A stretch of 45,366 nucleotides of DNA, from positions 1 to 45,366 of IMG/VR virus record IMGVR_UViG_3300029226_000142; one strand, given 5' to 3'. Under the pieces are notes generated by a model. The model ran no database searches. It was not told the origin of the DNA and saw only the letters and a list, made by a program, of their open reading frames with translations. The stretch is from a virus (Duplodnaviria > Caudoviricetes). Positions 18,748 to 28,399 of this stretch are shown here, piece after piece; position 1 is the stretch's first letter, and the number at the start of each line of letters is the position of its first letter. The translations under genes and the position numbers were made by a program.

Positions 18748-19218
18748 TTATCCTTCTGGATTTTTTTTATGCATCCTAGCCGTCACTCTAGCCATATGAC
18801 GTACCAATGATATGAAATCGACCTCATTCCCTGATACTTCGTCCATCCCTACGTGATACATACCCTCTGTCCATACACGCTGGCCACGCGGCTCTAATGT
18901 AGCGCCAGCCTCTGATAGCGCTTCTTCTAATAGCTGTAGGCATTGAAGTAACAGATCGACATTCAATACAGCGTTCGGCGACTCACCGCTAGGTCGTGGC
19001 TCATCTTCTGGGGCGCTTTGGCCCGTAATGATAAAGGAGATATCCGCACCCGCTGCGGCAATACCAGCTAAATAATTAGAGTCAGGGTTCCGCTGGTCTT
19101 TCTCATAATTAATTTGAGACCCCTTTTTAACCCCTCCCTTATCCGCAAAGTCAGTCTGGTTCAAACCAAGGCGCTTACGCTCGGTAACCAGCCTTGAACC
19201 TAGGGAATTCAACTGCAT
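18748..19218 (-). CDS. Prophage repressor, XRE-family HTH
   Basis: GSRL..ERKRLGLNQ.DFA..GGV....Q.NYE...R.PD..YL; divergent from ner. Confidence 0.9.
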   Translation of the reverse strand: MQLNSLGSRLVTERKRLGLNQTDFADKGGVKKGSQINYEKDQRNPDSNYLAGIAAAGADISFIITGQSAPEDEPRPSGESPNAVLNVDLLLQCLQLLEEALSEAGATLEPRGQRVWTEGMYHVGMDEVSGNEVDFISLVRHMARVTARMHKKNPEG

Positions 19219-19229
19219 GCCTTTATGGC

Positions 19230-19285
19230 TTGACAGGCGCTCATATGCATACTATTCTCGCTCTCACTGGTTCACAATCGTGAAC
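19230..19285. promoter_or_regulatory. Lysis/lysogeny switch: overlapping divergent sigma70 promoters and operator
   Basis: Plus strand TTGACA(19230)-17-TATTCT(19253); minus strand TTGTGA(19277)-17-TAGTAT(19254); palindrome GTTCAC-AATC-GTGAAC at 19270-19285. Confidence 0.7.
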
Positions 19286-19311
19286 TATTAAAATACAAAA
19301 AAGGAGTCGTT

Positions 19312-19533
19312 GTGACGCCTCATGACATAAATGCCGCCCTTAGAAATAAAGGCTACAACCAAACACAAGTTGCTTCATCCCTGATGATCGAAGATCGATC
19401 TGTTGTTTCACACGTTATTTATGGTCGAGGTCGCAGCCAGCGCGTCGAGAAACGCATCTCAAAGCTGATAAAGAAGCCACTCCACGAGATCTTTCCCGAA
19501 TGGTACCAAAAAACACACTCGGAGGCCGCATGA
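19312..19533 (+). CDS. ner: Ner/Cro-like HTH regulator
   Basis: I.AALR.KG.....VA......S.VS.VI.G..RS.RVE..I...I.KP..EIFP; SD AAGGAG. Confidence 0.85.
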   Translation: MTPHDINAALRNKGYNQTQVASSLMIEDRSVVSHVIYGRGRSQRVEKRISKLIKKPLHEIFPEWYQKTHSEAA

Positions 19534-19570
19534 ACAACCCCATCCCACCCAAAACAGAGAGGAAAAAATC

Positions 19571-19891
19571 ATGGATATTCAACAAACGATGCACGAGCAC
19601 ATTGACATTCTGCGCGACCTGTATGCAAACGCTAACGCCGATGACGATAACGATTACCAGTGCAATAAACAGCAGGCGCACGTAGCCATTGACCTGATCG
19701 GTAAAACAGTACGCCCCGCCGAAGGCAATAACGAGTGGGACTTTGATAGCGAAAACCTCACATCGGGAATCGTAGTCGATGTTTGGATACCGGACGTTAA
19801 TCACGCGCAGGTGGTTGTTACATTCACTGATCATCAGAGACTCTTCTTCCCCGGCGAGTTAGAGGTGTTTGATGAGCAGGTGGCAGCATGA
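19571..19891 (+). CDS. Hypothetical early protein (acidic)
   Basis: SD GAGG; coupled to the next ORF by ATGA overlap. Confidence 0.65.
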   Translation: MDIQQTMHEHIDILRDLYANANADDDNDYQCNKQQAHVAIDLIGKTVRPAEGNNEWDFDSENLTSGIVVDVWIPDVNHAQVVVTFTDHQRLFFPGELEVFDEQVAA

Positions 19892-20376
19892 GCAGCGCAA
19901 TTAAACTCGCACAAGAAGCACTCGCCAAAAAACGTGCTGCTGGTGAAATTGTACAGTTTGATCCAACCGAAAAAGCAATCAAAAACCCCCGGTCCCTTGC
20001 TGCCGCAATCACAGCAACATGCTGGGAATGTGTCGGGCGCGGAACAGATGCGGCACCCCGCAAAGAAGTGGCGCACTGCACGGCATGGAGTTGCTCTTTA
20101 TGGTCATTGCGCCCGTGGCAACAGATCGCACCCGCAACGCATGGCGTGAAGGAGCGGCAAAAGGCAATCGACGCATTTCCAAAAACATCGATGCAAGCAA
20201 CCGCCGCCAGGCACCCAACGTCTCGAAGCCGCGCCATTAAGGCTAGGTGCAACGAATGCATAGGCAGCCTGAAAAACATTGAGGATTGCCCGTCAAATTT
20301 CCCGCGCCCAAAGCAACCTGAGCCAAAAAACTATCGCGGTTGCCCTTTGTGGCCACAGCGGCCAAAGCGCAGGTAG
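19888..20376 (+). CDS. Hypothetical protein with a duplicated Cys (putative Zn-binding) module
   Basis: AITATCWECVG..C...CSLWSLRP and AIKARCNECIG..C...CPLWPQRP. Confidence 0.7.
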   Translation: MSSAIKLAQEALAKKRAAGEIVQFDPTEKAIKNPRSLAAAITATCWECVGRGTDAAPRKEVAHCTAWSCSLWSLRPWQQIAPATHGVKERQKAIDAFPKTSMQATAARHPTSRSRAIKARCNECIGSLKNIEDCPSNFPRPKQPEPKNYRGCPLWPQRPKRR

Positions 20377-20503
20377 CGCCGATTGACTTTAATGGCCGAT
20401 TTAACGAATTCAAAAACGACGAACGACACGCACCCCCTACGTTGACATAGGTTTGACTTTTCAACCGCATAAACAGGCCGTAAGAGGCCGAGGAGGCAGA
20501 AAC

Positions 20504-20794
20504 ATGATTGACACCCAAAAAGAACTCATTGCCGCAAGCCAGGCCATCGGCAACATCAGCAACGCGGCCCCCTGGTACACCAACGGACTGGCGGAGCGCA
20601 TTGAAGAATCTAACCAGTATGTCCATCAGTTGGCAGTTAGCGAGTTGATCACCATCGCCCACGAATATCACGAGTACCACCGAACAGCGCGTGGGATGAC
20701 CCTTGTGGAGGGCATCGACTGGGCCGCTGCTGGATATCCCTTTGAGGGGCTGCCCAATCGAGACGGCTGGATCATGCATGGAGCGACAGCATGA
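20504..20794 (+). CDS. Hypothetical early protein
   Basis: SD AGGAGG before ATG 20504 (MIDTQKE...). Confidence 0.65.
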   Translation: MIDTQKELIAASQAIGNISNAAPWYTNGLAERIEESNQYVHQLAVSELITIAHEYHEYHRTARGMTLVEGIDWAAAGYPFEGLPNRDGWIMHGATA

Positions 20795-21241
20795 CTATTC
20801 ATCAAAAGGGCTCCTCAAATCCCCAGGTTCATCAAACGGCCACGGCTGGATCATGCTTAAGCTTGGCTGAGACAGCAAACGGCCACGCGCCGCACGGGTC
20901 TCCCGACCATCGCCCCACTCAACAGCCAGCGATGGGTCATGAAACCAGCTCTCCATCGCGCCGGACAACTGGGCGAACCACAAAGCTCCATAGCAAACAA
21001 ATAAGAATGTATCAGCGCCGGATGCTTTCTGCCAACTTGCGCGGGCCTTCGGACTCATTTGAAGAAATTGCTGGGCTGCTTCGCCGTGGCATTCGATCCA
21101 GTCCAGCCACCCACAAAAGGTTAACGCTTTTAATTTGGCGTGCAGCAATCGGCGCTGTGAAATTGTCATGGCGTCTATTAGCGCCATTGCCAGATCGTCT
21201 TCGAAAACGCGGTAGGTCGGTGGTTTATCGCGGTCAGTCAT
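20795..21241 (-). CDS. Hypothetical protein antisense to the early operon
   Basis: Strong SD AGGAGGT 5 nt before the ATG; globular composition; stop abuts the stop of the upstream plus-strand gene. Confidence 0.55.
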   Translation of the reverse strand: MTDRDKPPTYRVFEDDLAMALIDAMTISQRRLLHAKLKALTFCGWLDWIECHGEAAQQFLQMSPKARASWQKASGADTFLFVCYGALWFAQLSGAMESWFHDPSLAVEWGDGRETRAARGRLLSQPSLSMIQPWPFDEPGDLRSPFDE

Positions 21242-21304
21242 CAGTTACCTCCTGGGCACTTCGTATTTGCTACAAGAGACCCAATGTAGCAACCCGAGAG
21301 GGCC

Positions 21305-21778
21305 ATGTCAGTGGTTAAACGAGCACAAAAAATTACCACCAATCAGCTTGATTTGTACCAGCAAGCGGATGATGACGAATTTGCACCCGAGAATGCGCCA
21401 GACCTGGACATTAACCAGCAGATGCTGGGGGCGTATGACACGGCGATAAAACTGGCCAAACGCTTAGGCCTAAGCCGGGCGCGCATCGTGGAGCGGATAA
21501 ACCTCTGCCTGCCAGAGCTAGAGAGGCCACTCACCCTGCGCCAGCTTAATAGCTGGACGGCAGCCAGCCAGGAATACAAAGAGATGCCCGCGCGCTACCT
21601 GCCTGCATTTTGCTGGGCGACCACTTGCGACATGCCCCTGCATGTGATGGCTAATTCAATGGCGCTCACCTGCGCCAATGCAGATGACCAGGCGGCGCTG
21701 GAGCTGGGACGGCTAGAACTGAGCGCGGCCGCCATTACGGCACAACGCAGAATACTTAAACAACAGAGAGGGAGATAA
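21305..21778 (+). CDS. Putative DNA-binding / regulatory protein of transposable phages
   Basis: LSR..I...IN......T...LNSWTA.S.....PA.YLPAFC.AT; SD GAGGG. Confidence 0.6.
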   Translation: MSVVKRAQKITTNQLDLYQQADDDEFAPENAPDLDINQQMLGAYDTAIKLAKRLGLSRARIVERINLCLPELERPLTLRQLNSWTAASQEYKEMPARYLPAFCWATTCDMPLHVMANSMALTCANADDQAALELGRLELSAAAITAQRRILKQQRGR

Positions 21779-21782
21779 GGAA

Positions 21783-22763
21783 ATGGGTAAAAAACAGGCT
21801 GAAATTGCACAGACGAATGATGATGAGACGCAGATTATCGCGGCACGGCTGGCAATACTAAAAGAAAAAGGCAAATGGGACATGCCGATGGCGAAAGGCA
21901 AAGCACTAACCGGTGTGGCGCTGCAAAACTGGCTAAGCAAAAAAGAAGAGGATGCGACCCGCTCAGCGGTAGAGCGCGGACTGGGCTATGGATTGCTTAA
22001 GCGCGAACTGGGGCATGGCGCTTTTGAAGGCTGGCTAAAAGACAACAGCATTGCCCCACGCACAGCCCAGCAGGCAATGAAAACAGCGCAACTGCTAATG
22101 GCTATATCAGATTCAAATACGCAACGCGTTGCAGATATATCACAACGTAAGCTAAACGTTCTTGCTCGATTGCCAGCACCAGTTGTCGATGACATGTTCG
22201 ACAACGGAGACCTTGAAAGCATTAACGACGCGAGCTATGACCAACTTCAGGAGATCGTTCAACTACGTAAACAGCTCGATAAAACACAAACCAAAAACGA
22301 CCGCCTAAGCGTTAAGGTTGGCGAGCAGGCCGAAACCATCAAGCAACGCAACGCATTGCCAGAGACCGCGCTATATATAAAGGAGCTGCGCCGCGCGGTG
22401 CTGGAAGAGATTGAAGCGCTACGGGTGAACGCCCATCAGGTGCAGGCCATACTCGACAAATTAAAGATGCTGCCAGACGATACCGAGCGGTCAGACTTTG
22501 ACTCCATCGCCCATCCATTGATGTATGGCTTGCAAGGGCTGCACGCTTCGGTGACACAACTCTCCGTTAACGCATATCGCTACCTGACGGACTTTAAACC
22601 GGACGTGGATGTGTTCTACCCCGACATGGACAAAGCAGAACTGAAGCGCTCGGAATGGATACGAGACCAATTCATAGACGCCTCACACCTGCGCCAGAAA
22701 CTGCGCGAAGTGGACACCGCCCCAGCCCAAAAAAGCAAAGTTAAAAAGAAGGCAGCTAAATAG
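21783..22763 (+). CDS. DUF3102-like protein preceding the transposase
   Basis: G....LK..L.HG.F..WL......RTAQ..M..A followed by coiled coil. Confidence 0.7.
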   Translation: MGKKQAEIAQTNDDETQIIAARLAILKEKGKWDMPMAKGKALTGVALQNWLSKKEEDATRSAVERGLGYGLLKRELGHGAFEGWLKDNSIAPRTAQQAMKTAQLLMAISDSNTQRVADISQRKLNVLARLPAPVVDDMFDNGDLESINDASYDQLQEIVQLRKQLDKTQTKNDRLSVKVGEQAETIKQRNALPETALYIKELRRAVLEEIEALRVNAHQVQAILDKLKMLPDDTERSDFDSIAHPLMYGLQGLHASVTQLSVNAYRYLTDFKPDVDVFYPDMDKAELKRSEWIRDQFIDASHLRQKLREVDTAPAQKSKVKKKAAK

Positions 22764-24478
22764 TGAAAGCGCTACCCAGCCAACATCAATACACGCCTGA
22801 CCTACGGGTGGTGAAACCGCGTGAAGAGAGCACAGCGCTCTCTGACAAACAGTCGGCCAAGCAACAGGCGCTGGTGATTGTGGCGCGATACGTGCGCAAG
22901 CTACGCGCAGAAAATGGCACCAGCTCATTAACCCCAGCAGTGGAGGCATTTCAAATGAAATTCTTAAACAAGTTATTACCGGCGGTGATACTCAACGCAC
23001 TGGCGTTGTTGCGCCCTAAAAAACAAGCGACCTGCCCGGATAGATCAACGATGTTTCGTTGGGATAACAAATATGGTGACCACTTAAGCGGTAACGAAAC
23101 GGCCGCCGCACCCAAACATAAAGGCAGCGAACGCACGGTGCAGGGTTGGGAGGCACTGGCGCTACGCATCTATAACCGCCACACCCAACCGACAATGGCA
23201 GCGGTGGCGCGTGAGCTGATGGAAGACCATCAGCAAACAACCGCCACCGATAGCGCGGTGCGCCGTTACCTTAACTCTTTACCCAAAGATAAAGCGGCGC
23301 TGTCATCTCACCGAATGGGCCCGCGTTTGCAACGCAACACACAGAAGGGATATGTGCGGCGCAACACTGAGATGCTGCCGGTGGGTGCTATTTATCAAGG
23401 TGATGGCCACACGGTGGATGTTTACCTGGCGCACCCGTTTACCGGCAAAATCTGGCGCGCGGAATTAACGGTGTGGCTAGACGTGGCAAGCCGTTATGTG
23501 GCGGGCTGGTACATTAGCGAATCAGAATCAAGCCACTCAACCCTGTTTGCCTTGAGCCATGCACTGATCGCGCATAACCATGTGCCTGCCATGTTGCATA
23601 TTGATAATGGATCGGGTTATGCCTCCAAATTGATGTCGGATGAAAGCTCTGGATTTTATGCCAAGTTTGCCATCGACCCTATGTTTGCGCTGCCTTATAA
23701 CGCTAAAGCAAAAGGCCAGGTGGAGCGCTTCTTTGGCACGATGGAGCGCGACTTTGGCAAGCAATGGCCTAGCTACTGCGGCAAAGATTCGTCGGACGAG
23801 ATGCGCAACAAGATTGTGATTGCAGTGAACCGGGGCACCTACGATCTCCCCACGCTGCAAGATTATAAAATAGCGCTGACGTTGTGGCTTGAAAAATATC
23901 ACAACCGACCACATCGCGGCCTACAAGGCAAAACTCCAGCGGCGCTTTGGGCAACGCTAAAACACACGCCTTTACACATTGCAGAGGATGCCATCTTCCG
24001 CCCGCGCGTAGAGCGCGTGGTGCAACGTGGCGCGGTACGCCTGCATAACCGTGAGTATATGACCACCGAACTCTATGCCTACAACACCGAAACCGTGATG
24101 GTTGAGTATGACCTGCACATTGATGACACCGTGCGAATTCTGAACATGGACGGCCGTTGGCTATGTGATGCACCGCTGGTGATGAAGGCGGACTACATTC
24201 CGAAATCACGCCTGATTGAAGCGCAACATAAAAGCCTTATCGGCAAAGAAAAACGGCTGGAGAAAAAATTGGAAGAGGTGCGGGATCGCTCCGGCCTCAC
24301 CATTACCCATGTAGATGGACTGGAGGATTTGGAACTGGCTAATGCAGCGGCAACAGCATTGAAAGATAACAGCGATGAGGGGATTGTGATGAATCTGGAC
24401 TTGGGTGCTGTAACACCCAAGCCCAGTGATAGTGACAATGAAAAAGTAGAGATCGACATCACCACAACCAACTACTAA
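22763..24478 (+). CDS. Mu-type DDE transposase (MuA)
   Basis: Catalytic motifs YQGDGHTVD, HIDNGSGY, KGQVERFF; YHNRPH; Mu_transpos_C-like R.V..G.V.L....Y and V.YD.H. Confidence 0.95.
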   Translation: MKALPSQHQYTPDLRVVKPREESTALSDKQSAKQQALVIVARYVRKLRAENGTSSLTPAVEAFQMKFLNKLLPAVILNALALLRPKKQATCPDRSTMFRWDNKYGDHLSGNETAAAPKHKGSERTVQGWEALALRIYNRHTQPTMAAVARELMEDHQQTTATDSAVRRYLNSLPKDKAALSSHRMGPRLQRNTQKGYVRRNTEMLPVGAIYQGDGHTVDVYLAHPFTGKIWRAELTVWLDVASRYVAGWYISESESSHSTLFALSHALIAHNHVPAMLHIDNGSGYASKLMSDESSGFYAKFAIDPMFALPYNAKAKGQVERFFGTMERDFGKQWPSYCGKDSSDEMRNKIVIAVNRGTYDLPTLQDYKIALTLWLEKYHNRPHRGLQGKTPAALWATLKHTPLHIAEDAIFRPRVERVVQRGAVRLHNREYMTTELYAYNTETVMVEYDLHIDDTVRILNMDGRWLCDAPLVMKADYIPKSRLIEAQHKSLIGKEKRLEKKLEEVRDRSGLTITHVDGLEDLELANAAATALKDNSDEGIVMNLDLGAVTPKPSDSDNEKVEIDITTTNY

Positions 24479-24496
24479 CGGGAGGATATTAGCACA

Positions 24497-25555
24497 ATGG
24501 AAATCGAAGATAAAAGAACCCTGCGAGAGGTCATTGTTCCGGTGCCTGAAATTTGGGGGGAGAAATACACCGCGCAAGATAAAACCGACGTGATTGAAAT
24601 TATTACTTGGCTGAATGGTGCCAATGGCAGGGCCAAAGGACAAGAAACTCGTCGAGACAGAGCGATGCTGGCGCGTGCGGCAAACATCAACGCCACTACC
24701 ATGCACGAAGTACTTAAGGGAGCTTATGTATCACCACCTGAAAAACATATTAAGAAAGCCCTTGGCGCTGTTCGCCGTGACAGTGAGCGGGTGAATTTAA
24801 ATACGCGTGTGCGGCTGGAGTTTGTTGAAACAAGTGTGACTAAAACCGTTTTCTCGGTGTGCCACCGGGTGAACTTATACAAAGACATGGGCGTGATTGC
24901 AGGGAACCCCGGCACGGGTAAATCAGAAGGTATTAAACACTACTGCTCAACTAACCCGCAGGCTATTTTAATTGAAGCCACGATGAACATGAACGCCGGT
25001 ATGTTACTTGATTTACTGGTTGAAACTACGGACGCAGAGGTTAGAGCGTCGCGCACGGATTCACGCGGGACACAGGCGCAGAAGCTGCTCGCTGTTATTT
25101 CAAAGTTAAAGGGACAAGACCGCGTAATTGTGATTGATGAAGCGGATTTGATGGTGCCCGCCACACTTGAAACCTTACGCCGCATTAATGACCTGGCAGA
25201 GGTCGGGATTGTGTTGTCGGGTGAGCCGAAACTCCGCGCCATGATCACCAAGAAACATGGCCGGTTTGAACGCATCGCCTCACGCGTTGGGTTTTGGGTG
25301 CCGGTGATTAAACACATACAGGAGGCCGATTGCCGCGCGCTGATTACTGCCACGCTCACTTCCGAAGTGATTAGCGATGAAATACATGATGCCTTCTGGC
25401 AGACATGTGAAGGCTCTGCACGGACGCTTTCTAAACTGCTACCCAACGTGCGCGACTTTGGCCTTGCACAAGGCGGCACGTTAACCCCTGCATTGATCTT
25501 TGAAGTGGCACAAAAAACACTGAGTTATGAACGAAAATCGAGGGCAACAGTATGA
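24497..25555 (+). CDS. MuB-like AAA+ transposition ATPase
   Basis: Walker A GNPGTGKS, Walker B VIVIDEAD, LE.LR.I.D, I.SRVG. Confidence 0.95.
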   Translation: MEIEDKRTLREVIVPVPEIWGEKYTAQDKTDVIEIITWLNGANGRAKGQETRRDRAMLARAANINATTMHEVLKGAYVSPPEKHIKKALGAVRRDSERVNLNTRVRLEFVETSVTKTVFSVCHRVNLYKDMGVIAGNPGTGKSEGIKHYCSTNPQAILIEATMNMNAGMLLDLLVETTDAEVRASRTDSRGTQAQKLLAVISKLKGQDRVIVIDEADLMVPATLETLRRINDLAEVGIVLSGEPKLRAMITKKHGRFERIASRVGFWVPVIKHIQEADCRALITATLTSEVISDEIHDAFWQTCEGSARTLSKLLPNVRDFGLAQGGTLTPALIFEVAQKTLSYERKSRATV

Positions 25556-25911
25556 ATGATTATTCAGCACCAACGTACCCAGATGAACACATTGATTACT
25601 GGGGTGACGTATTCACCAGCGCGCCAGAGGTGTTAAGGCACGGCATTCTTTTTGAAACATTTTTAGTGGCACCACAAAACATTTTAGATTTGATTCACGG
25701 CAATGCATTGCAACCACTGCCACTACTGCCTCAGCAAAAAATGGTAATGCAACGTCATCCGTTATGCACCCGTCCACCGGCACATGTGATGGATGATTAT
25801 GTCGATGACCCGGCACTGGAATTGCACGGCGACCGCGTAATTCAGCCAACGCACAAACGCGCACCACTTCGTAAATACAAAACAAGGGGGCATAAAAAAT
25901 GCGCAGCATAA
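25552..25911 (+). CDS. Hypothetical early protein
   Basis: Coupled to MuB by ATGA overlap. Confidence 0.6.
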   Translation: MNDYSAPTYPDEHIDYWGDVFTSAPEVLRHGILFETFLVAPQNILDLIHGNALQPLPLLPQQKMVMQRHPLCTRPPAHVMDDYVDDPALELHGDRVIQPTHKRAPLRKYKTRGHKKCAA

Positions 25912-26225
25912 ATAATGAGCAGATTAATGATGTGGTTGATGCACTGCACACATCAACCCCAGTGATGCCACCCGAGTTATTAAGCCGCTGCAAGATAATA
26001 AATACATACACAGTGCTGGCACCCGTCGTAGATGAATTAACGCGCAGAGGATATCTGGAAAGTTCCTGGCTCGGTATAAAGCTCAACGAAAAAATAGGCG
26101 CTTGCGATGGTTGTGGCCGGGTTGCCCACCACTTGCTCGGCGGTGAATGCGAGCAATGCCGCCAGCAATCCGCATGGGCAAACACGCCTGTTTCACAACC
26201 ACAACCAGCAGGGGCGCACCAATGA
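25899..26225 (+). CDS. Hypothetical protein with a C-terminal zinc finger
   Basis: CDGC...H.L..G.CEQC. Confidence 0.6.
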   Translation: MRSINNEQINDVVDALHTSTPVMPPELLSRCKIINTYTVLAPVVDELTRRGYLESSWLGIKLNEKIGACDGCGRVAHHLLGGECEQCRQQSAWANTPVSQPQPAGAHQ

Positions 26226-26743
26226 TTACTCGTTTTATTACAAAGTGGCTTTATAACTTGTCTAATAAATTGCCCTGCAGGGTGATCAATCTTGGTAGCG
26301 ACCAACCGTACCTTGAGCGTTATTACGTGGGTAAGTTTTTGGGGATTACGTTTTACCTGCATCGCTTTGTGGGGGGCGATGGTGACCGAGCGCGGCATGA
26401 TCACCCGTGGGAGGCGGCATCGCTTATTTTAAGTGGCGGCTACCAGGAGGCACGGCTGTCTTACCTCTGCCCAGATGACGGCACGTTAACCACTACTCGC
26501 TCGATGGGGGCTGGGCGATTAAATTTAATCAGGGCAAATAAGTTTCATCGTATCTTTGACCCCAAGCCCAACACCTGGACGCTCTTTATGCATGGTCAGC
26601 GATTTAAGAGCTGGGGATTTCTGGAGCACTTTAGACATAACTGCGTGATGTATCAGCAGCCATATGATGTGACGGCGTCATTGGGTTGGCATAAACAAGC
26701 ACCAAGCGGTTATGAGCTGCGTGCGGAGGGCATCATCCAGTGA
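26222..26743 (+). CDS. Cupin-like phage protein
   Basis: PYLERYY, YLHRF...D, HDHPW, GGY.E, FHRI, WTLF, WGF; start ATG 26222 coupled to the previous stop. Confidence 0.7.
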   Translation: MITRFITKWLYNLSNKLPCRVINLGSDQPYLERYYVGKFLGITFYLHRFVGGDGDRARHDHPWEAASLILSGGYQEARLSYLCPDDGTLTTTRSMGAGRLNLIRANKFHRIFDPKPNTWTLFMHGQRFKSWGFLEHFRHNCVMYQQPYDVTASLGWHKQAPSGYELRAEGIIQ

Positions 26744-27240
26744 AAATTGGCTGCCCTGTTTGCGGTGCCCAGTATGACCTGGATGGCGCGTTGAATGACA
26801 TCGACAGTAAGAAGTTCGTTGCATTGATTGCGGACATGCAGCCCTCACTGGCGCGCGCGTTGATTCGGTACCTCGGTTTGTGGCGACCGCTTAAACGCGG
26901 CCTGCGCTGGCCCAAGATGCTAAAGGAGGCACGTGAGCTGGCACCGATGATGGCAGCTGAACAGATGATACATAAGCGCCACACGTATGCCGTGCCGGTG
27001 AAGATGTGGGTGACGGTGATGAATGAGATGGCAGAGCGGCCAGACAATTTAACGTTACCACTGACGCACCACCATTACCTGTTGCAAGTGCTGGCTAATC
27101 AGGCGGAGAAGGTGGAAGCCAAAGTGGAGGCGATTGCTGAAAAGAAGAAGCAGACACCCAAAAGGAAAGGCACGGGTGCGCCGGTTGCGATGCGCGAGAT
27201 GGTCAATAAAATAAAACAAAGGGGTGGCGGCGATGAATAA
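26740..27240 (+). CDS. Conserved Mu-like phage protein with an N-terminal CPxC knuckle
   Basis: CPVCGA...L; L..YLGL.RP....L.W; LPL..H.YL..V. Confidence 0.7.
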   Translation: MKIGCPVCGAQYDLDGALNDIDSKKFVALIADMQPSLARALIRYLGLWRPLKRGLRWPKMLKEARELAPMMAAEQMIHKRHTYAVPVKMWVTVMNEMAERPDNLTLPLTHHHYLLQVLANQAEKVEAKVEAIAEKKKQTPKRKGTGAPVAMREMVNKIKQRGGGDE

Positions 27241-27457
27241 AGAACGGCTTCGGCTACTAGGCGTTAATCCACAGCTGTTAAAGCAGACCTGTTGCCCGCG
27301 TTGTTTTTGCAGTGAGGTGCAAATGGTTTATTCAGTGAATACTGATGAGTTTGATTTGCACTGCATTGCATGCGGCACGTTCTCACTGCAGCCGTCGAAT
27401 AACCCAAATGAAGCCCTTTTAAATTTTCATGGCACCAACCAGGGGAGTACTCACTAA
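27233..27457 (+). CDS. Small zinc-ribbon protein (Lar-like)
   Basis: CPRC...CIACG. Confidence 0.5.
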   Translation: MNKERLRLLGVNPQLLKQTCCPRCFCSEVQMVYSVNTDEFDLHCIACGTFSLQPSNNPNEALLNFHGTNQGSTH

Positions 27458-27861
27458 TGGATGATGCTGAACGCAACATTCTAAAACAACGCGTGATTGA
27501 TGAGCTGCAGCATCACAAGGGGCCAGATAACTGCATCAAGATGTGGGAAATCTTCACCGCGATTACAGGGCAGCACATCATACCAATAAAGAAGACTGAC
27601 CAGACGCGCATTATTCGCACGCTGATCGAACAGCTGCGGAAAGAGGGCCACCCTATCGGCAACAAACCCGGCACGTATGGCGGCTACTTTTTAGCGACCT
27701 GCGATGAAGAGCTGGAAGGCACGATTAAAAACTTTCATAACCGCGCGATGAGCAGTCTTGAACAGGAGGCAGCTTTGAAACGCACCAACCCCAGTAAGTT
27801 AATGCAGCAATGCATGATCGATTTTGAAGAACAGGAGAATAGCAATAATGGCAAAGGCTAA
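27457..27861 (+). CDS. Winged-HTH DNA-binding protein
   Basis: R.IR.LI..LR.EG.PI......GGYFLA...EE. Confidence 0.75.
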   Translation: MDDAERNILKQRVIDELQHHKGPDNCIKMWEIFTAITGQHIIPIKKTDQTRIIRTLIEQLRKEGHPIGNKPGTYGGYFLATCDEELEGTIKNFHNRAMSSLEQEAALKRTNPSKLMQQCMIDFEEQENSNNGKG

Positions 27862-28399
27862 AAAAGTGAGCATCAAGAAGGATGCGCTTCAGGTGCCCAG
27901 CACACTGAATGAAGCGGAGACGCTGCTGGCAAAGATGGGCAGTCATCAGCGCAAGGTGATTGACAATGAAAACGAGATGAATGAGGCCGTAGCGAACACC
28001 AAGGCAGGCTATACCAAGATAAAAAACAAGCTGAATGATGATATCGATGAAATGTCTACCGCGCTACATGCCTGGGCAGAGGTTAATAAAACCAATCTAC
28101 TTAAGGGCGATGCTAAAACAGCGAAGCTTTCAACGGGTGAACTCTCCTGGCGTTTAACACCGTGGAAGGTCACGCTGAAAAAAGTGGACGATATTCTGGT
28201 CGCATTGAAAGAAGCCAAACTTAAAAAGTTTATTCGTACTAAAGATGAGGTGGATAAAGAGGCCATTCTTAAAGATGAAAATTCAAGAGCAGCTGCAAAA
28301 GCGATTAAAGGAATCTCGATTAGTCGTAAGACTGAGTTTGTGATCAAGCCTGCGGAGACAAACATCGAGCGCGCTGGCGAAGTGAAAAAAGCAGCATAA
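27848..28399 (+). CDS. gam: Host-nuclease inhibitor Gam (DNA end protection)
   Basis: N-terminal coiled coil; KT..L.TG.L.WR..P, FIRTK.EVDKEAIL, IKGI.I....F.I.P; SD AGGAG. Confidence 0.92.
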   Translation: MAKAKKVSIKKDALQVPSTLNEAETLLAKMGSHQRKVIDNENEMNEAVANTKAGYTKIKNKLNDDIDEMSTALHAWAEVNKTNLLKGDAKTAKLSTGELSWRLTPWKVTLKKVDDILVALKEAKLKKFIRTKDEVDKEAILKDENSRAAAKAIKGISISRKTEFVIKPAETNIERAGEVKKAA

